From Eukaryota sp. TZLM1-RC (taxonomy: Eukaryota > Protista > Metamonada: BaSk clade), in contig JAUPSS010000004.1 of assembly GCA_040285825.1 (NCBI GenBank), forward strand, positions 4,369,784 to 4,433,783: a stretch of DNA of 64,000 nucleotides. The letters run 5' to 3'. The translations under genes were made by a program, and so were the position numbers. Position 1 is the stretch's first letter, and every line of letters starts with the position of its first letter. The notes under the pieces were generated by a model that was not told the origin of the DNA, did not search any database, and worked only from the letters and a program-made list of their open reading frames with translations. This document shows positions 35,293-47,000 of the stretch, one piece after another.

Positions 35293-35833
35293 ATGGAATC
35301 ACGTTATCCAGGTAATTTGCTTCTCAATGTTTGAAGAATATAAGCTTCCGTACTTTCCGAAAGATCGACAGCCCCGTGATCGCACTATTCGTCTATGTTT
35401 TGGTGTTATGGGTGTGGGGTTACTAATAGGATTCTATGGTGTGACCATTGAGTTCAATTATCATCACATACCTCACTTTTTAGCTTTGATTGGTATATTC
35501 TATATTACTTTATATTCACTGCGTGTCCTTCAGGAAGTAGGGGCCAATAATGTTCCTCTCGCTCGACTTGCAGCAATTTTGCTCATCTGTGGTGTTCTGC
35601 TTACCGCAACTATAGTATGGATGACATTCTTTGATCCTGATGATGATGATTTTGACGAATGTGATGGGAGGGATAAGAAACGTGGCCGCTTCTTTTCTAC
35701 CTTAGAACGGTGGTGTTTTCCTCGTTGCAACAGTCATAAAGTTGAACTTTTGGTTGTCCACAATGATGATGTCTCCAAGAGCCGCTGCTTGCCTATAAGT
35801 TGTTCACAGAAGTGTTATATACCTCCAGGTTAG
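35293..35833 (+). CDS. Small three-TM hypothetical protein (ORF 35327-35833; possible 25-nt intron 35312-35336 from ATG 35293)
   Basis: Three hydrophobic segments; a GT...AG splice keeps the frame. Confidence 0.55.
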
Positions 35834-36489
35834 TGTTTGAATCACTTTATTGGTGTTGTCTGTAGTTTTATTGAGTATATGTAAATATATGTATCTTGGT
35901 CAATTATGAGCCACAATTACGTCAGCACACGGGTTGTTTCTGAAGTTTATGCAATATGTCATTATTGTTGAACATTTCATAACAACAATTAAAACGAAAA
36001 TATCGCGAATTGATTCATGATGTTCAAATTTCAACAATTAACCATGTGGTAAACAGATGGCAGTTGTAGAAATTGTTTGGAAAAATTTAGTCTGATGGTG
36101 ACCGAAAGGCCACAGTCCTAGTGTCAAATTCATATTGATAACCCACTCACAATTGTTCAAGAATTTCTTGAGCAATAAGATCAATATATCCTAAAATTCA
36201 TCAACGATTTTATGAAAGTTCCATAATTTCGCATCTGTTTATTGTTTTTCAATTCTTAAGAACGTGTATTCCACAATTTTTGAATATAATATTTCTATAA
36301 CACATTAAATTATTCTAGTCAAAACTGATAAGAAGAACGGTAATACCATTAAGATATCAATTAATATGGTTTTAATTTATTTACATCAGTAATGCTGAGA
36401 AAATTACCTTTTTTGACTTTTTTTTGCAGTAATTATTGTTTTTTAAAACAAAGAATAAAACCATTATTATTTTATATTACAATGATAAA

Positions 36490-37953
36490 CTAAATACAAC
36501 TCATTAAAAACTCAATCTTTTTTTCTAAAAGAGATACTTTGACTTTCAGTTTGAAATTACTTATTTGATTTGAATATCTTTTTCGAACTAAAAACCCACG
36601 AATTACTGATTGTAGTGTAATAATACTGTGCAATAATGAAGGTTTTTTGTTGTAATAGTAGTATCGAAAAGCACGTTGAATCGCCATCGCTGATCTGTTC
36701 TTGAGCTTTACCTTATTCTGTAAAAATTTCCTAAAATTCGACACATTATTGAGCTGTTTTCGACAATAATAACCCCTCCAAATGGCTTGAATTTTACGAA
36801 TTCTATATAGGAAAACGTAATTTTCCAATTCAAATACCCTAGACTCCAACCTTGAATTTTTCAAAGCTAGTTTTAGCAAATAACTACTCCTTTTTCTTAC
36901 CAAAAAACCTCTAAATATGGACTGTAAGTGAATTATTTGGGGAATAAAAGAGTCAAAATAATCATGATTAGAATAAACATTTGATTGATTAAAATTGATT
37001 GATTGCGATTTTAATTGATTGATTTCTGATTGAAGTTGACTGACCAATGTAATCAAATCACTGCTAACTCCATCAATGACATCATCATCAACATTTGATT
37101 GCATAATTGATTGATTACCCCCAGAAACATCAGAACAGAGCTGCAGGGAAGCAACTTCAACCAAATAATTGTACAAAGAAGATTTCCTGCTTGGAATTAA
37201 TAATTTCAATAAATTTGAATCTAATTCACCATCATTACCACTAAACAACTGACTTGCCAAACTTCGTTCTCTTTCTTTAACAAAACGTTGGTTAAACTTG
37301 GTTAACTTAGGAGAGAGGAACAGCACAAAGACACACAAAGAGAATCCTACAGAGAGTGATTCATTAAAGATTGGTGTTTGATCCAATCTTAATGAGGTGA
37401 GGGAAGAAACAGAGGCCAGTCCGTTGAGAGAAGTAAGAGAATCAATACTGGTCTTGGCCAAGTCTAAAGAAGTCAAGCTAGAAGGTAAGTTACCAGTGGG
37501 AAGTGACGTCAAGGAGTTTGAGAAAAGACATAGGGTTTGCAGATGACGTAGAGAGGTTAGGTTGGGAAGAGTAGTGAGTTGGTTGTGGGCTAAGTCCAGG
37601 GTGCGCAGAGTAGTGCATTTGGTAAGCAGGTCTGCATTAGATAGAGCATTGTGAGAGAGGTCAAGAACTTCCAGGCTGTGGAGGTATTCCAGCCCAGTGA
37701 GAGACGAGAGGTTGTTGTGAGAGAGGAGCAGGATCTTTAGGCTTCGCAAAGAAACGACGTCTTCGATATCATTGAGTTTATTGTGTGAACAATCAAGATG
37801 GGTTAGATTGGGTAAATAGTTGATGTTGTGGAGTGATGTGAGTTCGTTATTGGACAGATTCAGATCAAGAAGTGTTTGTAATGTGCTGGGAAAGCGGGAC
37901 AAGGAAGAAAGGTTCTTATTGGAGAGGTCCAATTCTGAAGGGTCCATGAGCAA
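36490..37953 (-). CDS. LRR plus IQ-motif protein (CEP97/LRRIQ-like)
   Basis: About eight LxLSxNxL repeats; IQ motifs LQSIFRGFLVR, IQAIWRGYYCR, IQRAFR and LQSVIRGFLVR. Confidence 0.85.
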   Translation of the reverse strand: MLMDPSELDLSNKNLSSLSRFPSTLQTLLDLNLSNNELTSLHNINYLPNLTHLDCSHNKLNDIEDVVSLRSLKILLLSHNNLSSLTGLEYLHSLEVLDLSHNALSNADLLTKCTTLRTLDLAHNQLTTLPNLTSLRHLQTLCLFSNSLTSLPTGNLPSSLTSLDLAKTSIDSLTSLNGLASVSSLTSLRLDQTPIFNESLSVGFSLCVFVLFLSPKLTKFNQRFVKERERSLASQLFSGNDGELDSNLLKLLIPSRKSSLYNYLVEVASLQLCSDVSGGNQSIMQSNVDDDVIDGVSSDLITLVSQLQSEINQLKSQSINFNQSNVYSNHDYFDSFIPQIIHLQSIFRGFLVRKRSSYLLKLALKNSRLESRVFELENYVFLYRIRKIQAIWRGYYCRKQLNNVSNFRKFLQNKVKLKNRSAMAIQRAFRYYYYNKKPSLLHSIITLQSVIRGFLVRKRYSNQISNFKLKVKVSLLEKKIEFLMSCI

Positions 37954-39143
37954 TCACCTGTGGCCCCTGAAGAAGGTGAATCTAATATGCCAACATTATT
38001 TTTGAAGTATTTAACATTCGTTTTATCGATAAAAAACAATGTTTCCTACTGACAATCAACGTGAAATACTGAGCTCGCAACACTTTTAAACCACCGCCCA
38101 TGGTGTGTTTCTATCATTCTACTCCATCAGACAACCATATATGAGATTCTCCAGCGTAGGTACCCATAATGCAATTAAAAACGATAAAATATGGAGTTTC
38201 ACTGGGCACTATTTTACTTTTAATTTAATTGTAATGCCTTATTTGAGCTATTTTATCAACAATTGTATTTCCAAATTTCAATTAACATCGGTTAAATACA
38301 ATGGGTTATGTTAAAAAAGACATTTTTACGACCTGATGGCCTAACTACACCTAAAATTACTCACTCTTGTTCACTGGAATGATTAGAATTTAAACATTAA
38401 TCTCTTGTTGTCAATACTGTCCTTGGACAATTTGCATTATGTACCAATAGAGAAAACAAAACACTTGTAAATGTTACGACTGGATGGATAACCCTAAATC
38501 TATTGTTGACTTTGCTACTTGTTATGATGCGAATGACATTCTGTTAAATTGTTTTGGCATAATAGAGTTGTGTTTTCTATATTTAAGGGGATGTTGAATT
38601 TGGTTTCTGATGCGTTGATTTCTCTTGGATCTCATTATGAGAGAGTTGCATCTAGTGTTTTTGTTTTGGGAGAGATGGATTATTTGGATGTTGATTTATG
38701 GGTTTTAATAAAATTGATAAAAAAATGACATTCTAATTTAGAAAATGAAATTGAAATATTCTAATGATGAGTGATTAAAGTACACAACTGATATTTGTGA
38801 GATAGAGCAAGATCAAAAAGTAGATGGAGAGAGTTTTCAATAAAAAACATGAGGTGCCACTGAAAAATGATACATTCTTACCCATTTTTGCGCCAACTAG
38901 AAGTATGCAATTGAATCTCCCTTCTCTGTACAATACGAATATTTGAAACTATATTTATATGTTGTCACCACCACAAAGCTGACACATTTGTTGATAACAT
39001 TGAGAAGTCCTCAATGAGGACTTCTGTGTTGCCCAACAACTAATTGAACACCACCTAGTCAATTAGTGTAACAACTAAATTCTTGGAATTTTGATTTGTT
39101 GACACTTCGCTCATAAATCACGTAATTTTCTTCATTCTTCTCT

Positions 39144-40503
39144 ATGGATTCGTCATCCGATTATATTAAACATGATGCAATGAACACGAAGAGTACGGTG
39201 CAATTGCTGGCGATATTCGCAGTTCTCCTAGCGAATAGTGCCCTGCTCAACTCAATTAATGCTATTCTAGCACCAGCACTTGTTGCTAGGCTTTATGAAG
39301 GTTCTTCCACTGTCCTTGGTGTTGTTACTGGACTGGGAAGTTTTTTTCAAGTCTCTGGAGTTGTCTGTGCTCTGCTTTCTGACAGGGTTGAGTTTAAGTC
39401 TGGTGTGTTGTCACCATTTTCTGATCTTAGGTCGTCGTCGCCCGTTTATCTTCTTGGGCTCATCCTTCATGGTAATTGGAACAGTACTATGGCTATTGAT
39501 TGAATTCTTAGATGTATCATTGTTCATTCTACGATCACTCTTCATCAGTGGTTTCTTCGTTGCTGCAGCTGGTTTGAGCATTACCCAAATGTTGAACGTA
39601 TCACTCTTGGTTGATATTATTTCTATTGACCAGCGTGGAAGAGCCAGCAGTGTTGTTTCATTGTATCAAGTAGTCGGCTCAGGAATCGGCTTCGTTCTCT
39701 TTGCAGCGGATGTTGATCTTGAATGGATCTACATAGTTTTCCTCATGACCACCATCATTGCGACGATATTCACTCTTTCTGCCTCGAAAGAAACACCTTT
39801 CAAGCGTGAGGAAGGTAAACCTTTAAAGCTTGGTTCCATTATCTCTGATCTCAAGTTCAATGTTTCTGACAATTGGAACTTTGTCCTCATTAGTTTTGTT
39901 AGGTTGTTATTCTTTGCTGCCTTTGGCATTCAGTCATATCTCCAATTCTTCCTGAGAGATGTTCTCGACCAAGAAAATGCTGTTGTATCCATGTCATGGG
40001 TTGCAATTGCAATGTTATCATGCAGTTTTGTCATTGCTGGGCCTGTCGGGAAGCTCTGTGATAAGCACACCAAGACTATTTTCATGCAGATTGGCTTTGC
40101 TACCCGCATCACAGCACTTGTGTTATTAATTTTTGTCAATGAGTTTTGGCAAATGATGATTGTTGCTGTCTTTCTCAGTTTTGCACATATCAATTACTCC
40201 ACAGCTGAAAATGCTTTAGTGATATCATACCTTCCATCCCAGAAACAAGCAGGTGCTTATATCTCACTATTTGGGCTCCTTGTTGTCATTGGTGTTTCCC
40301 TCGGATCTATGATTTATGGTCTAATCTTAGATTTCTTTCCAGATGGCCAAAGTGTTCCTGGAATGCCCCAGCAATATACCAGAAATGGTTACCATCTGTG
40401 TTGGATTGTATCAATCTCTTTTCTGGCAATGGCATCCTTCTGTGCTTCTAGGCTCAAGAAATCTCAATCTGTTAGTCCTGCAAACATCAAAGATTCAGTG
40501 TAG
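39144..40503 (+). CDS. MFS transporter (sucrose/SLC45-like); 28-nt intron at 39403-39430
   Basis: Splicing gives LSDRVEFKSGRRRPFI; about 12 TM segments; GKLCDK repeat motif. Confidence 0.88.
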
Positions 40504-40701
40504 ATAACTTTTATATACCGTGCAATATTTGGGGAAATATTAACTAGTAAAGATGTATTTCAATGGTGATACCATTCATGTACATTTCAATCAGATAAAG
40601 GTCAAATCAAACAAGGTGCCACATTGGAGATTACAAAGACAATATTGAGATAAATGCTAATGAAAAATATGTGAAATAAAATCAGAGATTTCTTAGAAAA
40701 C

Positions 40702-41961
40702 TTAAACCACATTCAGCATTATCCCGAAGCTAGAAAATACGTCTCCGGGCTTGCTTTTAATGTTGTAAGTTCCATGATTCACCTTGAGAAAAGCAAGCGA
40801 AAGCCCTTGTAGAAACGATGAATACAAAGGAATGGGGACATGAGATGTATTAAGAGAGAGTGTAGTCATCGTAAGTTCCACATTGACATTGCTAGCTAAA
40901 GAAGTTTCTTGAAAACACCGCTCATCCTGATTAAAGCAAGGGAGTAAGGTACAAATGTAGGCCCGTAATCCATTATAATGACCGTCAGAAGCCACTAAAT
41001 AGAGTGACTCGACATTTCGGTTCTCTATATCAAATACGCATTTCACACTTCCTGAACTCACCACATAAGTTCCCGATCGTTGTACGGCAAGCCCATTGCG
41101 AGGAAATGGTGTGGGATTTGATGTAAGAACTTTCCCTGCAATGATATTACCATTTCTTGACAACAAATCGCTCTCCTCACAGAGTTTCCCATGACCCTCA
41201 TTCCTTTCAGGGATGTTCAACTGACACAATGAGTTTCCATTTGAAGCAATAACCGAACCTGTTGACTCGAGGCCTGATATTGACGCTGTTGCTATTGTCG
41301 TGTTGTGAGATTGTGATAACCCCAAAAATGTTGAACTTGCTGTAATAAAAGGTGCAAAATTTACCCACGCAACTGGAGCCAAGATCACAGAAGCGGGCCG
41401 TTTGTAAACATTTGAAAACATTAAATCAAAACAAATAGCTAAACAATAAGTTGATTCTTTCTGTTTAAAACAAGAATTTAAATCATTAAACTTGGAGTTT
41501 CCTCGAGTGAAGTACTTGACCTCATTTCCATACAAATTTTCCTTCAGGTAAATAGCTTTTACGGTGATTTCTAAACTACAATTGAGAGCAACAGCTCCAT
41601 TGTAGACAGGACCAGTAGTATTGAATCGGATCGGAAGGTTGAAGATGATGGTTTTGTTGAAGCCTGAGTAAATTTCTTTGATTAAAGTGAATGCTGGACA
41701 TGTTAATTCCAAGTTAGTGGAAAACCACCTGGCTTGGTCAATGTTGGCAATAACAGGACCAGTGAGACCATATTCTGGAAGTAAAATTACGTCAGAGGAA
41801 GAAGATGAAATCAAAGACGAGAGACTGTGTAAGTTGTATTTCAAAATAGTGAAAGCATCATCATAAGAATAAATAGAACAGTTGTGTGGATAATAGTCGA
41901 TCACTGACAGTGAACAAGTGGTGGCTATGAGAATGAGAAAAGGAAGTAATGTGAGGGACAT
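40702..41961 (-). CDS. Secreted biotinidase/vanin-like nitrilase-superfamily amidase
   Basis: Signal peptide; E-K-C triad in LPEYGLTG, YLKENLY and AICFDLMF. Confidence 0.85.
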   Translation of the reverse strand: MSLTLLPFLILIATTCSLSVIDYYPHNCSIYSYDDAFTILKYNLHSLSSLISSSSSDVILLPEYGLTGPVIANIDQARWFSTNLELTCPAFTLIKEIYSGFNKTIIFNLPIRFNTTGPVYNGAVALNCSLEITVKAIYLKENLYGNEVKYFTRGNSKFNDLNSCFKQKESTYCLAICFDLMFSNVYKRPASVILAPVAWVNFAPFITASSTFLGLSQSHNTTIATASISGLESTGSVIASNGNSLCQLNIPERNEGHGKLCEESDLLSRNGNIIAGKVLTSNPTPFPRNGLAVQRSGTYVVSSGSVKCVFDIENRNVESLYLVASDGHYNGLRAYICTLLPCFNQDERCFQETSLASNVNVELTMTTLSLNTSHVPIPLYSSFLQGLSLAFLKVNHGTYNIKSKPGDVFSSFGIMLNVV

Positions 41962-43237
41962 AGGCTAGAAGCACAAAAATGTCAAATAGTAGTAACCCGT
42001 TAAGATTACTGGAATATGAAGATGCGAATCAAGGTGATCTTTTCAAAACTCGAATTCTTTCATTTTTTCTGAGATGTTGATCCACAACATGTCAAGAACA
42101 GCATTGGCACTACGATTCCATAGACATCCACACTTCTTACAAGTGAGTAATCCATGTCTAAGAACCGATGGAGTCTTGGCCCTCCTGTACTGTCTTGTGT
42201 TACTTACTCGATGTTTCTTTACATTTTCACCTTCGTTTCCCTCGAGTGCACATGCATTTTAAACTTCTTTCGATAACCAACATTTTTTGTAGGTGCTTGA
42301 TGCCTAAAATTGGTTTGCTTCCAATCACCCATCACTCATCGTTATCTTTTGGACTCCAAACTTTTTTTTTCAAATTCCCTCCTTTTGCTTCAAACCTCTC
42401 TGTGGCCATGAATCTTTGCAATTTCACGACTCTCAATTCTTTCTTAAAGTAAAAGCTCCAAGATGGAGAGAATAAGTTGTTTTTACCTTGCAGTAGTTTA
42501 GGAATTTTTCATGATCTAGAGTTTTCTTTGAAAATGTTTTAGTTCTTCTTCCCATTTCTTTACGGTTTTGTTTTGATAAATCCTTTAGCATTTTTATAGA
42601 ATTTTTGATGGTCTTTTTTCAGAGTTTCTCTTCTTCTTTGAGGAGCAGTGAGCCTCTTGAATGTAAATTCCTTTAATTTTGTTTTCTTGTTTCCGTTCAG
42701 AGTAGGACGATTTTGTTTTTGTCTGAAGTTTAAATTCCTTTTTCAAACACCAATTTGCCTTATATAAACTCTTAACTAATATTTTATTCAATACCAAAAA
42801 ATACCAAAAAAAGATCACTTTCCATTAATTCCTCATGCATAGGCGTAATTGATAGTAGAAATATTTGGATTTTGCTGATTTTTCGTTCATAACAACTCTA
42901 ATTACTAATTAGTAATTAGCTCCATTCAGAAAATGCTATTCACAAGTAGAATTGATTTCATGTCCAGTCTTACCATTTATGTGATAAGTGTTGTCTTTAA
43001 CAATTTATTGATGTTGTTGTTATGACGTTGATTTTGTTGTCAATGTTTTGGAATTTCTTTCCCATTTTCACTTTGAGAAGTAGCTGGGACATTCTATACA
43101 TTATCTTTTGAGACTTTTTTCTATTTTTTGAGAATTTTATCTCGTCGTTCATTGAACTTCTGGATCAGATGTTTAAAGATAAAAGGAATAATAAATCATG
43201 ATATAATAGGTCGAAAAAAAATTGGCACCATTTTATA

Positions 43238-43388
43238 ATTCACCTTTAAGTAGAGCTAAAGGAGCGAAAATTATCAAGTATGCTGAAAAGATAAATAATC
43301 TGAATTCCAACTCACATACTCAATACCTTTTTTTGTCCTTTTGCTTTTTCTTTATTTGGAACCTTGGGTAAAACTGCCTTATCTTTTA
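43238..43388 (+). mobile_element. Non-LTR family B fragment
   Basis: Matches ~30855-31000. Confidence 0.75.
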
Positions 43389-44050
43389 ATCAAACCTGCA
43401 GCTTTTGGAATTGAATTGGGATAAAGTTGCTTTCTATTCTGCTACAGATTTAGTCGTGTGATCACTGTTTCTCAAATTGAATGAGTAATCAATTTCGTGG
43501 GGATATTGATTTCTTGAGTTACTTCACCTCTTAATAAACTAATTGTTCTTTCAGTCATTTGATTAATAATACTGCTGTTTAAATCCATTCTTTGTTGTTG
43601 CAGATGGTTCATAATTGGATAGATCAATCACTCTACCAGTAGAATTACTTATTGTGATGAGAGTGTCATTCCGTATGCTGTCTCTTATTCTTTTGAATTT
43701 GGAACTTTTCTACTCAAATCTTCGTTGATTTTGAATGTACCTGAAATGAACATATTTATCTCTCTCAGGTTTCTTTGAATGAGTCATTCCAGTAGCTGAA
43801 TTAGCAGAAAAATCGAGTAGATCAGACTTCCCTGGATCAGCAGCAGCCAGGGTCATATCTTGAAATTCAGAAGGAATGATGCTGGGATCATCAATATATT
43901 TTTCTTTAACTTTCAATTCTTTTGCAGTTATTTTGTATTTTTTCAAGTCAATTCTAGATTGAATGAATGATACTGTTATTCCATCAGTCTCGATACCAGA
44001 CATGATGTACTCGGAATTTTCTGAATAAAGTTTAGTGTTTTTAATCTCAT

Positions 44051-47000
44051 TGTTGCTTAAAGTCTATTGTAGTAAAGAAAAGTCTGATTTATTTTCTATT
44101 CATATTATATAAGCCTTAGGGCGCCAACACTGCTTCTTCCCTTTTTCAAAATAAATCAGCTTATATGAATATGAAACAAATCTATAACAAATAACTAAAT
44201 AATCTATACAAACTAAGAATTAGCTTCGCTTTTTAATTCTATCACTAGGTCTAGGCCTCTTGGAAGGCGTAGACTCATTGGAGGTACCTTTACGTTGACT
44301 AGTTGTACGTTTTCCAACTTTTGTGTTATTCTTACTGAACAACTTATAAGCTTCTGAATGTTTAACCGAATGGAGAAGCTCTTCTGTTGTCTCACCGCCA
44401 AACCATTGAACAGTACAAAGGCTAGCTGAATCAGAACTGTATTCTTAGAGGATTTTCTCTATAACGTGTTTTTCAGCATCACCAGCCGCGACTGCTTTGA
44501 GGAACTCAATGTCATGTGGATTTTCAGCGTTATATATTTTACAATCTTTCTTGGCAGCTTTTAATTCTGTGCCAGTAGTGAGATTCTTTAATAATAAAGT
44601 GGATTTGGAAGGAATGTCAATAATGTTGTTGTTGAACTTAAATTAATTGAATTAGTAGGTTTCCTTGTATTTTGACTGATGTCGTGATACTCGCTTATGA
44701 ATCAGTTTTATTAATAAACTTATATTTCTCTCTCTCCTACGTGTGTTCATCCGCCTAACGGCATCAATAATTATTCGCCCTTCTTATTTCAGATGACTGT
44801 TCCTTCTGTCAAGCTCCCGTCTCCTTCTTTCATGAAAGTTGAATGTGTTCTGCTGTTCCTACAGGAGTGGAAGATCTATTTTTCTGTGACTCCTAAGAAA
44901 GAGCTTGTTCCAGCAAAATTCTTGGTCGATTTTTTTCTGTTAAAGTCCCTATCTCTCCAGAAATCCGACGTCTGATCCAGTGACGATGTTTTTCTGTTGT
45001 ATCGTTCGCCACGTACAAAGATTTTAGTGTGGCTCTGTCAGAACTGAAGCTTGATGTCCGTATTGGTGACGTTAGAGAACGTATCTTATTGTTACCTGTG
45101 ACGTTTCCCTCAGGTAAAGAGTAGGGCTTCCGGACTGAAGTTGCCAGACATAGCTTTTCTGAACCGATTTGCCAGAGGAGTTCTTCCCGTAGGTCTTCAA
45201 CGTTCTCTTCTAGCGAGAATTCGAAGATGATGTATTTCCAGATCTTCATGCCCTTGTCGAAACCACTACTGATGGGCTGTTGGATTGTTCCAGGGTTGCA
45301 TCATGAAATCGTGGTTCCAAAACTTCAATTTGTGATGTGGAACGTACGGCTGACACTAAGACGATGTCCTCTTGGCGCTCTCAAAGTTTGAAAAATCAAT
45401 CGTGCTTCAAGTGCCACCAGCCTGGGCACATCTCCGGTGATTGTCCAAATAGAATCAAACATGAGGTGAATCATGTGTGTCATACCAACGATGCACCGAA
45501 GAATTTAACAAACCCCATATCTTCCCTCTATTGAGCCAGTACTGTATTTGTGATCGGAAAAATGGGAAAAGGTAGTGTTGTTGTTGAACTTAAATTGAAT
45601 TAGTAGGTTTCTATGTATTTTGACTGATGACGTGATACTCGTTTATGAATCAGTTTTATTAATAAACTTGGATTTCTCTCTCTCCTTCGTGTGTTCATCT
45701 GCCTAACGACATCAATAACTAAGAATGGTCCATTCCAAAATCCATGCAGTTTATTAATTTGCTTGGTTTTATGTATGACATAGTCACCATTATTAAATAC
45801 TATAAAGCGCGAATTAGTATTATCTACTGAAGTCGGAAAATTAAATGTTTGGTGACGCTCTGCTTCTTTTTTCCTGTAGACCAGTATTTTTCAATTTTAT
45901 GTCATCTAATAAAGGAATATTGGTTTCAAATTTTGATAAGTTTCCTAATATATTTGCAGGGTCTGATCTTGAACTAATGGAAGATCCAAAGATAAGTTCG
46001 TAAGGGGTAAAACCAGTTTTTCTGCTTTTGGTAGAATTTATTAATAGTTGGGATATGTGTACATAAGTAGATCAACTTCCATATTCATTGAAACCCATTA
46101 ACATTTTCCTCAAGCATTGGAAAACGTCTCTGTGTTTACGTTCTACAAGTCCATTACTTTTTGAATAGTGGGGAATTGAGTTACTCATCTCAATAGCTAA
46201 TCTGTTACACACTATTTTGAAAGTCTCATTGGCGAATTCAGGTCCATTATCACTATGAATTAACATAGGTATGCCAAAGATGGCGCAAACATTCCAAATC
46301 AAAGCGTCTGCGGTCTCTAAGGCATTGAGTTCCTTCAGAGGGACCAAGATTGTATATCCAGTAAAAGAGTCTACAAATACTAATAGATATTTATTTCCTT
46401 CGTTGTCAGAATTTAGGGGTCCAATTGTATCGACGTTTAATCTGGCAAAAGGACGATCTGCCCATAAAGATCCTGTGGAAGGTGTTTTTGATCTTTTAAC
46501 TGGAGCCGTTTTTTGACAAGTTGGGCATCTTTTGACATGATTAATGAGGTCCTTTCTCATATTGGGCCAGTAGAAATCGCTTTTGGATAGTTTGTGTAAA
46601 CTATCGTTTTTGCTAGGGTGACCAGATTGAACCAAACCATGTATTAATAGTAGTGCCTGTTTTCTGAGGCTCTTTGGAATCAAAATTTTGTTTTTAATAT
46701 TTTTCCGAATTTGAGTATTTTCATCTAGAATTGCATTTTCAAATAACGAGTCGTTGTTGTTTCTGGCTATTTGTTGTTCAAATCTGATTTCAGAGAACCA
46801 AGAAGAAAAAATAGGTAAATCTTGGTGTCTACTTAAGGATGAAATTGATGGGATATCTTCAAAGTTCGAATCACAATCATCGTCTAGTGGAGGTATCTCG
46901 TAAATCGAAAGTAAAGTATCTGGTATATTTATACTACAAATAGAAGGAGTTTCCTCGTTTTGATCCAAATCAATATTCCTTGATAACATATCTGCTCAAT

